From Octopus vulgaris (lineage: Eukaryota), in the NCBI GenBank assembly GCA_951406725.2, contig OX597820.1, positions 92,628,001 through 92,692,000 of the forward strand: a stretch of 64,000 nt of DNA, read 5' to 3'. The notes beneath the pieces were generated by a model, which was not told where the DNA came from, made no database searches, and saw only the letters and a list, made by a program, of their open reading frames with translations. Both the position numbers and the translations under genes were made by a program. Positions 14,230 through 25,959 of the stretch are shown piece after piece. Within the stretch, counting starts at the first letter, position 1, and each line of letters starts with the position of its first letter.

Positions 14230-15150
14230 GTTCTGTGTCATAGACTGTTGATAATCTACCTCCTTTGACTCTGGACATAGACATCCTTATCATCACTTGT
14301 AGATACTCTCCCTTTGGTATCCAGATCACGTCACCAAGCTTTACTTACGCTTGTTTTCTTCCTTATACCCCACGGGCTCCATCTAATGAAATACCAGGCA
14401 ACGCTGTGATGGCGGCCTTCTGTGAGCCTGCCCAATCCATCACCAGTATCTTCGTTTGATCTGTGAGTCAATCGAGGTTTGTTGACTTTACTTGTCCCAC
14501 AATACTATGCCGCAATTTTTTTTTTCGGTTAATAGATTCTGGGTGTCGTCTTGAAGCAGTGTTTGATGAGGTATTCAAAACTTCCTTAGGGTGAGTTTCA
14601 TATATTTCCAAGTCACTAAATTGCGCACAAACCACTGACTCCATTTTTTTCATTCAAGACTCGAATTTTAGATTTTGCAATTAGAGTCACTAAACTTGTG
14701 TAGACGACGATGCTCCTCACATACATAAGGATAGATGTATCATGAAGCGAGTCATACATAATGTGTACTGGCTGTCATAACCTTGGCATTGCATCTATGT
14801 TTCTTCATGCCAAATTGAACTGACATTTCATTAAGACTGATTGTCTTCCACTACATCTGGCTTGAGCAGCGTATCCCCAGCGCAACGCTTTCAAGCTGTC
14901 TATACGTTATCCCCAGTATTCTGGAATTCGTTGCTTCTGTAGTGATCTTCATTATCCAGGTGATCACCAAGAAGAACAATAAGGATCATAAGAGACAACA
15001 TTGGAAGACTCAGGTCTTCTGTATGAAATTCCTTGTTAATCTTATATATGTCTGAGGTAACACTATAGGGCATTTCCTCGTGTGATTTCAGCACAATGTC
15101 CACAAGATATATACTGGGTAACCGAGTGCAGCACAAATGCCCCATATTAT
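14230..15150 (-). mobile_element. Old RTE-clade LINE 3' portion
   Basis: Minus-strand remnants LLFFLVITWIMKITT and SIDSQIKRRYW*WIGQAHRRP...RWSPWG, typical of RTE RT and C-terminal regions; heavily frameshifted. Confidence 0.7.
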
Positions 15151-16194
15151 CATTGTGAATATTAAGAGAATATTTTTCATAATCTATGAAATTTTAAAAT
15201 ACCGGAGATAACCGATCTATAGAATGTTCGACTATGATTTCCATGTAAGCTTTATATTCTTCTCATAAAGTGCTCTTACAAACTCCAGGTTGTTTTCTGT
15301 AAGCAGACATTATGTTCTTTGCTGAGATTTTCCGCTATAACATGGTTAAAATGTTTCCCATAAACTGACGATCGTTTTATTTCTCGGTAGCTTCGGCATT
15401 GCTTGACATCTTTATTTGGGAGTTTCACGAGGTAGCTTCGTTTCCTATCGGTAGGTAACGAAGCTACAAAAACATAGAAATGATAAATTGATATATTAAA
15501 TGACCAGCTTTAAATAAACCCAAAGTATTACGATAAGTTTCCTTGAAGCTAAAAGTATTCTAACAGAGGGAAGTGAAATAAGAAATTCGCCACAGGCTAT
15601 GAAGAAACTATAAGGATTTCTAATGTTTGAATTTAGGTAAGGATTTTTAGAATATTCTTTGAAAGATATTATTAAATACTGAAAGTAAGAGAAGAGATTG
15701 AAATGAGTTTTTATAGAATTAAGCGAGTTTTTTTTTTATAGTGAGAGTAAAAGAGATAAGATGAATAGTGTTAGGAAATGATAAATGGGAAATGAATGGG
15801 AAATAACAATACTACTACGGTAGGAAAGAATAAAGAGAAATTTAATGAAATGTGCGTTAGAAACTTACGTCGAAAGATATATACACGTAATATTAAGAAT
15901 ATAATATATTAATATGTGTAATATATCAATTTTTCTTTGATGAGGATGAGCACTTGTTTGTGCATAGATATAAACCCTAAATTGGATTTTCGTAAGCATG
16001 TAGTGCTTGATAAGGTGTATCTTCTGCTATGAAGCCTTAGGGACTGTGCCAAAGTTATTGAAGAGTGAGTGGTAAATAGGCACAGAAATTGAGAAAAAGG
16101 TTTGCAAGTTTTGCCTAGAGAATGCAAACTATTAAAGCCTCTTACATCTTCAAGATGTACCAAATATCAGAGGAGGTATAAAATAACATGTGAA

Positions 16195-16400
16195 TGCACT
16201 TAGCGGGGTGATTAGGGTATTGGACTCATGATCGAAAGATTGTGGTTTCTATTCCCAGCCCGGGCGCTGCGTTGTGTCCTTGAGCAATATACTTTGTTTC
16301 ACATTGCTCTGATCCACTGGTAAGAATGAGCAATCTTGCGACGGGCCGGCATCCCGTCCGGAGAGGAATATATACGCCGGAGAAACTGGGAAACAGGTAC
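16195..16400 (+). mobile_element. Diverged tRNA-derived SINE related to family B head
   Basis: GATTAGGGTATTGGACTCATGATCG...TTCTATTCCCAGCCCGGGCG followed by GTGTCCTTGAGCAA. Confidence 0.7.
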
Positions 16401-17785
16401 GATGTTCCTTACGGAGTAAAAAAGCCATAAACGCCATAAAAGGAAGCCTGCATATTTTAGAATACCTCATTTACAAAAATTAAAATATATCTTCTAAAGT
16501 GCCCAAATTTCCTCTTTCACTCAATCTCGTTCAACGTTACAGACACCCCTAAAATATGCAGGTATTACGCTCTATGAATACCTGTGTATTTGCAATAAAT
16601 TCAAATATTGCAAACTTTCTAACCGCAACAAGATCTGATACCGTTTATTGTCTTTGCAAAGTTATGATATTTAACTGTGAAGTTAAAATAAGCACAACGC
16701 TCCAAACATATGTGCATGTACGTCCACACATGATATACATACACAAATATACGCATGCATGCATGTATGTATCTAGCGAGATAAGTGTTAAAAAGTGTAT
16801 TTCTGTGTGACAATGAAATCGAAATAATCTGAGAAAAGACAAAAGCCGAATTACGTTGCAAATTGATAAAATTTATGTACCTCAAACTAAAACTTCCCCT
16901 GAACTACTACAGCTCATTACAAGTATTTGTTATGCATATTCTTTCTTGTTTCATTCCTATTTTGCCCAAGGAAATCAAAATCTGGTGTTCTGTTCTGCAT
17001 TTGTTTTGTTGCATATGCCTTATTCTGATATAGTTCTAGAGCTCCTTCCTGCTGGGATATCAGATAAATCCGTGTGGTTCTTTTTCCATTATTTTAATCA
17101 GAATTTCATGAGTATTTGCAGTATTTGTAAGTGAATTCTTTCTATATAAATTTTATTTATTGTTTTGAAATTTGAATAATTTTTTACCTGTTATCAGACA
17201 TGACGATAGAGTACCAAGTAGAAATAACAAAAAAGAAGATGTAGGAATTTATGACAGCCGCATATATTTGGTAACGATTTGCAGAGAAATGGCGACGGAG
17301 TTTAAAGACAAACAGCAACGCTTCAACGCTTATAGACAGATATCTCTGTGTATGTGCGAGTGCATGCGTGCGTATGTGCGTATGTGCGTGCGTGCGTATG
17401 TGCGTGCGAGCGTATGCGCGTATGTGCGTGTGTGCATGTGTGTGTGTGTGCATGTGTGTACATGCGAATGTGTGTGTAAACTTGTAGATATACGAGTATA
17501 TAAATGTGTATAAATATATAATTATTGACATCTTAGGTTGTGTTATATATGTGTGCATATGCGTATGCGTGTGTATGTGTGTATGTATTATACAGTCACA
17601 AATGCACACTGATACAAACACACACACACATACATACATACACACATACATACATACATACATACATACATACATACATACATTCACACATACATACATA
17701 CAAACACTGTGAGAGAGATGGTGGGGAGTTATATATCACAAGAACTAATGTGTTTGCTTGCGTGAGTGAGAGTTCTGGGTTAACA

Positions 17786-17827
<42 letters not shown>

Positions 17828-18724
17828 CTGTGCATGTGTATCTGAACGCGTGTATTAATGTGAGTATGAGTGTGTGTATATGTGTGTGTGTATGTAAGTC
17901 TGTGTTTATGTGTGTGTGCATGAGAGTGCGTGTAAGTGTATGAGCGAATATTTGTATATTAAAGAAGGAAAAGAAATGAATTATAACTTCAGAATCATGA
18001 AGAGAATATATATATAAACAGGAAATCAGAAAAGAGCTATATAGGTCGAATTATGCAAGATATCGAATCATAGACATCTCTGACATTTATTAAATTAGAC
18101 TTCGTTAGGTATTGCGACAACATGAGTAAATAGACTTAAATTATTAGCATTATTTAAAAGTCTGTTGTCATAGCAACTCATTTCCTGAGTTAAAAGTGAA
18201 AATACTGTAGAACTTCTGAAAAATATGGATGATGTATATCTAAGCAATAGAATATTTTAAAACTGCTATATATTTTCAATGGTTCGTTTAAGATGTTGAC
18301 TCCTGTCATTTATTATATTTGTGTATTTTTCACGTTTTATTTTTGTACCACAGTGCAAACTATATTCACTGACTACAATTAACAAGCAAGAAACGTTTGA
18401 AGTATTTTGAATATCAAGGCAGTAGAATTAATATCTCACCAAGCTGAACGCTGCCACTTGGTTTGGATGTATGATGATGAAGTTCGCTCTGTTGTAATCG
18501 ATCAGAATAGAAATTTAGTTTGAAGAGATATCAACATATTTTTCCCAAGTTTTTACCCAATCATGGAGTTCTTGCAAAATGAAAAAAAAAACGATAATCA
18601 AAGTCGCTTCTATTCTTCTTTCATAAAGTCGATGCAAATTGAAGGACTGCCGACTGCGAAAGGAAAGTCAGGAGATCACATGAGATTAATAATAATAATA
18701 ACTATCATTATCATAATAATAATA

Positions 18725-19545
18725 CTTTCTTTATTAGCCACAAGGGTCGACAAAATTGAGATTGGACATTACAAAATATGAAGGACCAAATGACCAAATG
18801 GGGTTACATAAAGTGTTGCGTAAAATGTCGATAACAATGAAAAATATAACAAAGAAAATGCTTAAAAGAGGAAAGCAACTCATGGGGACCGCACGAAACG
18901 TCCAAAAGTGCTCCGACCACTAGCGCAAGAGCCCTCTCCTCACCTCTCTCTCTCTTTCAACATTGGAAACTCAAAAGCACATGCTCAAAGTAGGCCCGTG
19001 GACACAGACCATCTTCGTCACATCCATCCACCTTTTAATAAATTCGCTGGAAGTCAGCACTTCTCTCTCAGCCCTCACTTTCCTTTTCAGACGGTATCTG
19101 AAAAAGCTGATGAGGGGTAGGCCAAAAAGAAAAGTATCTGTCTTCAACTCTTTCAGTCTAGACCACCATACAACCCCTTTTGCAACAGCCACGAGACAGA
19201 TGAAAATTACCTTCCCTTGCCGTCCAGAGGAGGACAGCTGGACAATTTTCATGATGGAATCAGCCAACAAGGGGACAAGTCCTACACGGGACTGTTGGTG
19301 TTCGACATAAACGCATATATGAGATATGCTCGGGTGCTAGACAAGCGCGTGCAAGAAGGATTTTTTCGCTCTGCGCACATCTCGGGCAGGTCCGATGACG
19401 GCACTTCCGTGCCTGTAGACTTTCTCTCGAACAGGCAAAGTCCCCAGGTAGCACTGCCAGGCCAGTAATTTCTGGGAGTTATCCATAGGCCTGAGCTTGA
19501 AAATCCTTAGGAACAGACTGGTGAGTTGAAATAATCGACGCTTAG
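18725..19545 (-). mobile_element. Tx1-like (L1 superfamily) LINE 3' end
   Basis: LAWQCYLGTLPVREKVYRHG...CPRCAQSE..LHALV (zf-RVT-like) and AVAKGVVWWSR...FIKRW; 3' end CCCTTGTGGCTAATAAAGAAA runs into a (TAA)-rich tract. Confidence 0.85.
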
Positions 19546-19632
19546 ATTCTCTCCGAAAAATCGTCGTTTTCTTTCACCACTAACCCTCTATTCAACACCA
19601 TAGTAAGAGCATTGCCCGACTGGCTGAGAAGT

Positions 19633-20112
19633 GTTTTGTCTTGGTATAAAAGATGGGCTACAGCAAATATTCTGCTCAATACCACAGATTTGCTTGTCAG
19701 TTGTTTGACCTTAACCAGTTGAGCAAGTCTCTTAGTGGCTGACGATATGTGCATCTCTGATCACAAGCAGACGCAGTGGGGGAGTATCATAGCCATATGT
19801 TGAGAGGGATTCTTTGGTGTTTGAATAATTCACCTCTGGAAACATGGGTGTTTCGTTCAACATCCTTAAACAACACTTATTCAGGGACCTTTTGAGCGGG
19901 ATGGGCTACTCGATCAGAAGAAAATTCTAACTGGGCCCCACCTGCAAGGTCATGTGCCGTTTATCTTGCTATGAGATCACCACTTTTAGCACATATGGTT
20001 GTGATGCATGTGCCTAGTGTACCCTTAACAGATGGGTAGTCATGATGGGTATACTGGGCTTCGTATATTTTACTCCAGTGTCGCTTTGATGGCATGCACT
20101 TCTCTCTCACTC

Positions 20113-20155
<43 letters not shown>

Positions 20156-20730
20156 GCCCTGATGCAATACCAGGCAGTGGCTCTCATGGTTTCTGATCTT
20201 AACTGATTGGAAGTGTTATCATGTACATTGTTTTGTCTTGGTATAAAAGATGGGCTACAGCAAATATTCTGCTCAATACCACAGATTTGCTTGTCAGTTG
20301 TTTGACCATAACTAGTTGAGCATGTCCCTTAGTGGCTGACGATATGTGCATCTCTGATCACGAGCAGAAATAGTGGGGGAGCATCATAGCCATGTGTTGA
20401 GAGGGATTCTTTGGTGTTTGAATAATTCACCTCTGGAAACATGGGTGGTTTTTCAACATCCTTAAACAACCCTTATTCAGGGACCTTTTGAGCGGGATGG
20501 GCTACTCGACCTGAAGAAAATTCTAACTGGTGCCCACCTGCAAGGTCATGTGCTGTTTATCTTGATATCAGATCACCATGTCGCGCACATATGGTTGTGA
20601 TGCATGTGCCTGGTGTACCCTTATCAGACGGGTAGTCATGATGGGTATATTGGGCTTCGTATATTTTACCCCAGTGTCACTTTGATGGCATGAGCTGCTC
20701 TCTCACTAAATAATAATAATAATAATAATA
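19633..20730. repeat. Two tandem copies of a ~480-550-bp interspersed repeat, each ending in (TAA)n
   Basis: 19633-20113 and 20230-20710 are highly similar (TTTTGTCTTGGTATAAAAGATGGGCTACAGC...CTCTCTCACT); probably the UTR of a TAA-targeting non-LTR element. Confidence 0.85.
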
Positions 20731-20924
20731 ATTCCTTTTACTACCCATGTATTTAATTTAACTTTAAAAAAAATGAACGAACTAGTGAGTTTAGTTTAAT
20801 GGCCTACCAATGTATACTATCAGTTGCTTTGCCCTAGGAGTCGGGAAGACATTCGGCAAGAAATGGAAGCAAATTTGAAAGAAGAAAAAAAAAGATAATA
20901 ATAATAATAATATGATAACTCACA

Positions 20925-21250
20925 CAGCATGCCCCGGTGACAACAGGATCAATGTGAAAAATACACAACTATGACCATTTAAATTGGGAAATAACGAAGG
21001 CTGGGGTCAATGTATAGAGTAGACGTGATACCAACACGAATTGGTGCACTTGGAAGTATCTGCATTCAACTACCAACCCGGCTGAAAAAGGTGTGAAGAT
21101 AGAACACCTACAAAAATCAGCATTGCCTGGAACTCCAAGAATTCTTCGCAGGATTCTTGAAGCCTGACCAGTAACCAAGTCACCTTAGTCTGCTGGCTGT
21201 GGACAGCTGACACTTCTCATCTTACCCAGCAAAATAACTTTTCTTCAAAT
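20925..21250 (+). mobile_element. R4/Dong-like RLE LINE 3' end
   Basis: ACPGDNRIN, NYDHLNWEI, VIPTRIGALGS and EHLQKSALPGTPRILRRILEA*, matching the restriction-like endonuclease C-terminus; flanked by (TAA)n/(TGA)n. Confidence 0.85.
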
Positions 21251-21257
21251 AATAACA

Positions 21258-21298
<41 letters not shown>

Positions 21299-21839
21299 AA
21301 ATAAGGGTTTCAAATTTTGGCACATGGCTTGTAACTTCGGAGAAGAAGTCAAGTCGATTACATCCACCCCAGTGTCCAAGTGGTACTTATTTCGTTGACC
21401 CGGAAATCATGTATATTTAAGCTAGGTATATCCTTAAGCTTTTCATGTGTGACAGTGATAATAACGTTTTCTGTCAGGGACTGAGAAGAAATAGAACTGT
21501 TTATGGTGATACTTTTACATAAACTAGCATTTAGATTCTCGCAACTGGAAGATTCAAATCAAAATAGAACATGGACTTGGTTGATCTCGGAACATGATGA
21601 GAGACATTTAAACGTTGTATAATATTTTCTCTTCAAAATGGTTTAAATGTCCCTTTACATTTCTGCTTCAATTTCAGGTGTTTGTGCGTATTCCCATCGA
21701 AGTCAATGTAATTTCGAGAGCTAAGCCTTATATCTAAACGAGCACGTAACTTTGCTGAGAAATAGTTGACTGTATATCGAAGTGAAACAACAGATTTTGC
21801 AGAAACAATGATCTGCAAATGCAAATTGTTCGCAAATTG

Positions 21840-22698
21840 GTGAGCATTAGTTTACGCTGACGAAGAGGCGACACCCGAATTCATTAACCTGTTCTTACAC
21901 GAAAAGCAAAGTCACCACTCGTGAAGTTAGCTTTCCCAAAAAGATAATTACACTAAACATATTATATACGTACTGTTAATGCAATAGGCGTCCTTTAAAA
22001 CGACTATATGTTACTCATTGATGTTTTGTTATTTCACAATAGCTAAGCAAAATTTTGCTTCAAAAGATGTTTTTGAAATGCAGAGTGTACCATGTAGTTT
22101 AAGCAAAGCTTAAGCTACATGGTATACACATGTCTATGACATGCTACCCAATGCGGTGATCCTAAATTTCTATGCTATCTAGAACAAAAAATTAAATTCA
22201 TGGTTATGATCTATTGAAACATTAATTAATCTTACATGCTGTTACTGCTTAAAACGAATATTTGGCTTACATAATTTTTACACATTTATCAGCAACAGCC
22301 TAGACTGTGCTGTATAAGAGTAAATATTCGTTGCTACGATCATTAAAAATAGTCGATATTTGGATGGTGTTTCATTAATCTTATCACATCGTTCGGGTGG
22401 TAAATTAAAGTTTTAAAATGTTTTTGAGATAGCAGCCAAATCTCCTTCACACTAAACATTACAATTTTTAGTTCTAGATACAGTATAACTGGAAAAATAT
22501 ATTCTTCATAGTTGGATTACTTTTCATAGTAGGTCTGCTCGATCAGACCCGACTTAGGGTAAATCAATAATAATAGAAACAACAACAACATGTAGTTTAC
22601 TGTCTGTCTAATGTCACGAGTGGTGACTTTGCTTTTCGTGTAAGAACAGGTTAATGAATTCGGGTGTCGCCTCTTCGTCAGCGTAAACTAATGCTCAC
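21840..22698. repeat. Perfect 85-bp inverted repeat pair (21840-21924 and 22614-22698)
   Basis: Arms are exact reverse complements over 85 bp with a 689-bp spacer. Confidence 0.95.
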
Positions 22699-23451
22699 TA
22701 ATGTTCAAAATGTGTGTCGTTAATCAGTCTGGAAGTTTGAAGGGAATGTCATTTTCTATTTTCGACATTAAAGAAAAAACGAAATTGAGTTAATAGAAAT
22801 ACAAGTATAAAGAAAAGAATAACCTCTGTTATTGTTGACATAGTTTTCCCCAGGTCAGCCTTGATCTAAATGATATATGAATAAAGCTATTCAGCTGCCC
22901 ATATAGTCTTTTATTGCAGCCATAGCATATCTCGAATTACATTATCCAATGTATACTTGGTTGCTAATATCTTATAGCGTGATGTGAGGAAGATTCAGCT
23001 GTTATATCTTGAAGATAAACTGCCTAAACCTACAATTAGTTGCATCTACATTTATCCACAGACCTTCTTGTCTCTGCATAAATGCAATTACTATATATGA
23101 ATAAATATTTGACTGTAGAGAAAAGTGTATACCGTGAAACCTCTCGATAATGCCTATAAAAAATTCATCGCCAACAGAAAACAAAAGTTAAATACCAGTT
23201 AAATCTCTGAATTATAGAGTGATTTGTTAATATTGTTCTATAATTGAAAAAGAATGGGTTTGAACTTGGAACCTTGGGCATAATAAATTAACAGCATACT
23301 AAATAGGAACAGCAGTGTTACCAACATTTGTTCATATTTTGCGATAGAATTTAAAGTCAGTTCCTTAAACTTTTCTTAATAAAATTTAAGTATTATAATT
23401 TTACTTTCTTACTCACACTATCTCTCTCTCTCTCTTTCTCCCACTCTCTCA

Positions 23452-23492
<41 letters not shown>

Positions 23493-24820
23493 TATTTCTC
23501 TCTCTATATGTATAAATAAGGAAAAATATTTTTTTAAAAAAAGTTTTAACTCGAACAATCGTTTCTTCAAATATCTCGTGTTTCAAAGAGTGTTATAACA
23601 CCTATATATTAATGTATCCACGTGTGTGTGCGTGTGTATGTGTGTGTGTGTGTGTATGTAGGGGTGCAAGAATAAATGAATGAATATAATAACTTTATAT
23701 CCGTCTTTTTATATCCGTCTCGCTCCCCAATTCTCCTTTCGATTTATCTCTCAATCTCTCCGTCTCTCCTTCTCTTTTCTAGCTCTCTTTCTGTCTGTTT
23801 CATGTCTGCGTTCATTTGCATTAGTCCTGCTAATGCTTTTGTTAAGGAACCATTAACGTTTCATTGACTATTCCATCGCCACAGTAATTCTTCGGGCGGA
23901 TTAAGATGAGAAAGTTCTATCCAGCTATATAATAACGGCAATCTTTCATAAGAACATAGTCGTATTATTTGGTGTATATATTGTTTCTTTTCGATTAATT
24001 ATTTTATATTCTCGCCCGCCGCATATACACGTGCACTGAAACACACATTTACGCCATAAAGAAATAAACTCACACACATATACATACATATATACACATG
24101 TAAATACACATATACATATACATACATATGCATATATATCTATACATATATACACATGCATATACGGGTGTGTGTGTGTATGTATGTATGTATGTATGCA
24201 TTATTTCCGATTCCCGACCAACGTAGATATCTATCATTGCAATTGCGTGGATAACAGCCATTATAATATCTCGGTGTTTATCACCTTTTTACCTTTTTTC
24301 TATTATAATTTTTCACTTGTTTTATTCATGTCTCAAGACCGATATATAGATTCTTCCTTTGAATGTATTCATAGATTCTTAAAATGTCCAGTTATTTGAA
24401 CTTTTTTTTATTGTCGTTCAAAAGGATGGCAATTTTCTTTCATCTACGACTACGATATCGTAGGTAATATTCGTACCACACTTCAAACTTACAGTGAGGT
24501 TTGCAAAGGCGAACAATGAAAGACATTCTGCAACATATTTCCTGTCTCAAAATATTAGAGGAAGAATTTCACATTAGGTAAAGAATATGGATTTACTAAA
24601 TAGTCGCGTCAGAAAAGTGCCTTGATTTCATAAGATGTCTTTTTTTTTGGTTATGATTTTTACTTATATTCTTACCAACAATAGCGATTGATTAATAAAC
24701 AAATTATCAATGTATTATTCAAACCCAAATCTCTTACCCCTTTATACAGCTGTATTGTATGTGTGCAAACAAACACACACACATACGGACAGACATATAT
24801 ATATAAACATATAAATACAC

Positions 24821-24954
<134 letters not shown>

Positions 24955-25039
24955 TATATATATATATACATATATATATTGTTGACATCATAAGAATGTT
25001 ATAAATTTTCGAGAGAATGTGGAATAATTCTTTTTTTTT

Positions 25040-25120
25040 GAATAATCGTTCTCGAAGCTCATCATACACACCCATAAAGAATAGCATGCAAATATCGATG
25101 CGCTTCGAGAACCATTATTC
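25040..25120. repeat. 24-bp imperfect inverted repeat (tiny MITE or hairpin)
   Basis: GAATAATCGTTCTCGAAGCTCATC versus the reverse complement of GATGCGCTTCGAGAACCATTATTC, 22/24 identical. Confidence 0.75.
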
Positions 25121-25153
25121 CAAAACATGTGAGTGTATGCGCAATCATATATC

Positions 25154-25210
<57 letters not shown>

Positions 25211-25390
25211 GTATATATATATATATATGTATGTATATATGTATGTCTATATATATATGTATGTATGAGAGGTATTGATATCTAGAAGACCCGAAGAGTG
25301 GCAGGTAACACAAAGTGCTATCGAAAGACCGTAGTTAAACTGTTGGTTCGATAGAGATACGTGTGAGGAGTCTAATGTGGGTCTTGTATT

Positions 25391-25448
<58 letters not shown>

Positions 25449-25451
<3 letters not shown>

Positions 25452-25924
25452 TAATAATAACTTATGTTATTACCCTTTTTTAATTATGTTTACGTATTAC
25501 TTGATAAATTTGTTCGTAAAATTTTTTACAGGCATGCTCTCGGCCGCCGGGTATGTTTTGCGTCTGCGCGGAGGTTTGGAAAGTTAAGATTTACAAACCG
25601 TTAGAGCTACACGTGCTCTAACGCTCTGTGCATCTAGGATTTAGAAGGCTACCCACTGACGAACCTTGCTTGCGCAAACATATTCTGTATGTTTTGCTAG
25701 AAAGTGGTAGAAACTGATCAGTCTGGGATACAACCATAATGGTAAAGGTTTTTGATTTTCATTCCTTTGATGAATTTATCCCTCTTTGTGTTTCTAGCAC
25801 TTGCTTCCTTATTTGGGAGCCTTTATTATATTTCTATACGAAAAATATATTGTCTAATGACTAACTCGTCTTTTCTGCTAGACCACTGGTAATAATAACT
25901 TATGTTATTACCCTTTTTAATTAT
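25449..25924 (+). mobile_element. Retrozyme-like non-autonomous element: 438-bp unit plus ~38-bp terminal direct repeat, in (TA)n
   Basis: Direct repeats at 25449-25487 and 25887-25924; internal canonical HHR; no coding capacity. Confidence 0.8.
25652..25727 (+). ncRNA. Type I hammerhead ribozyme, intact core
   Basis: ccca CTGACGA acc[extended hairpin]ggt a GAAAC tgatca GTC tggg; predicted cleavage after C25723. Confidence 0.88.
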
Positions 25925-25959
25925 ATATATATATATATATATACAGACAGAGAGAGAGA

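Noticed and set aside
21857-21915. CTGACGA...GAAA...GTC inside the 85-bp inverted repeat as a hammerhead
   Set aside because: Stems I and III cannot be formed.
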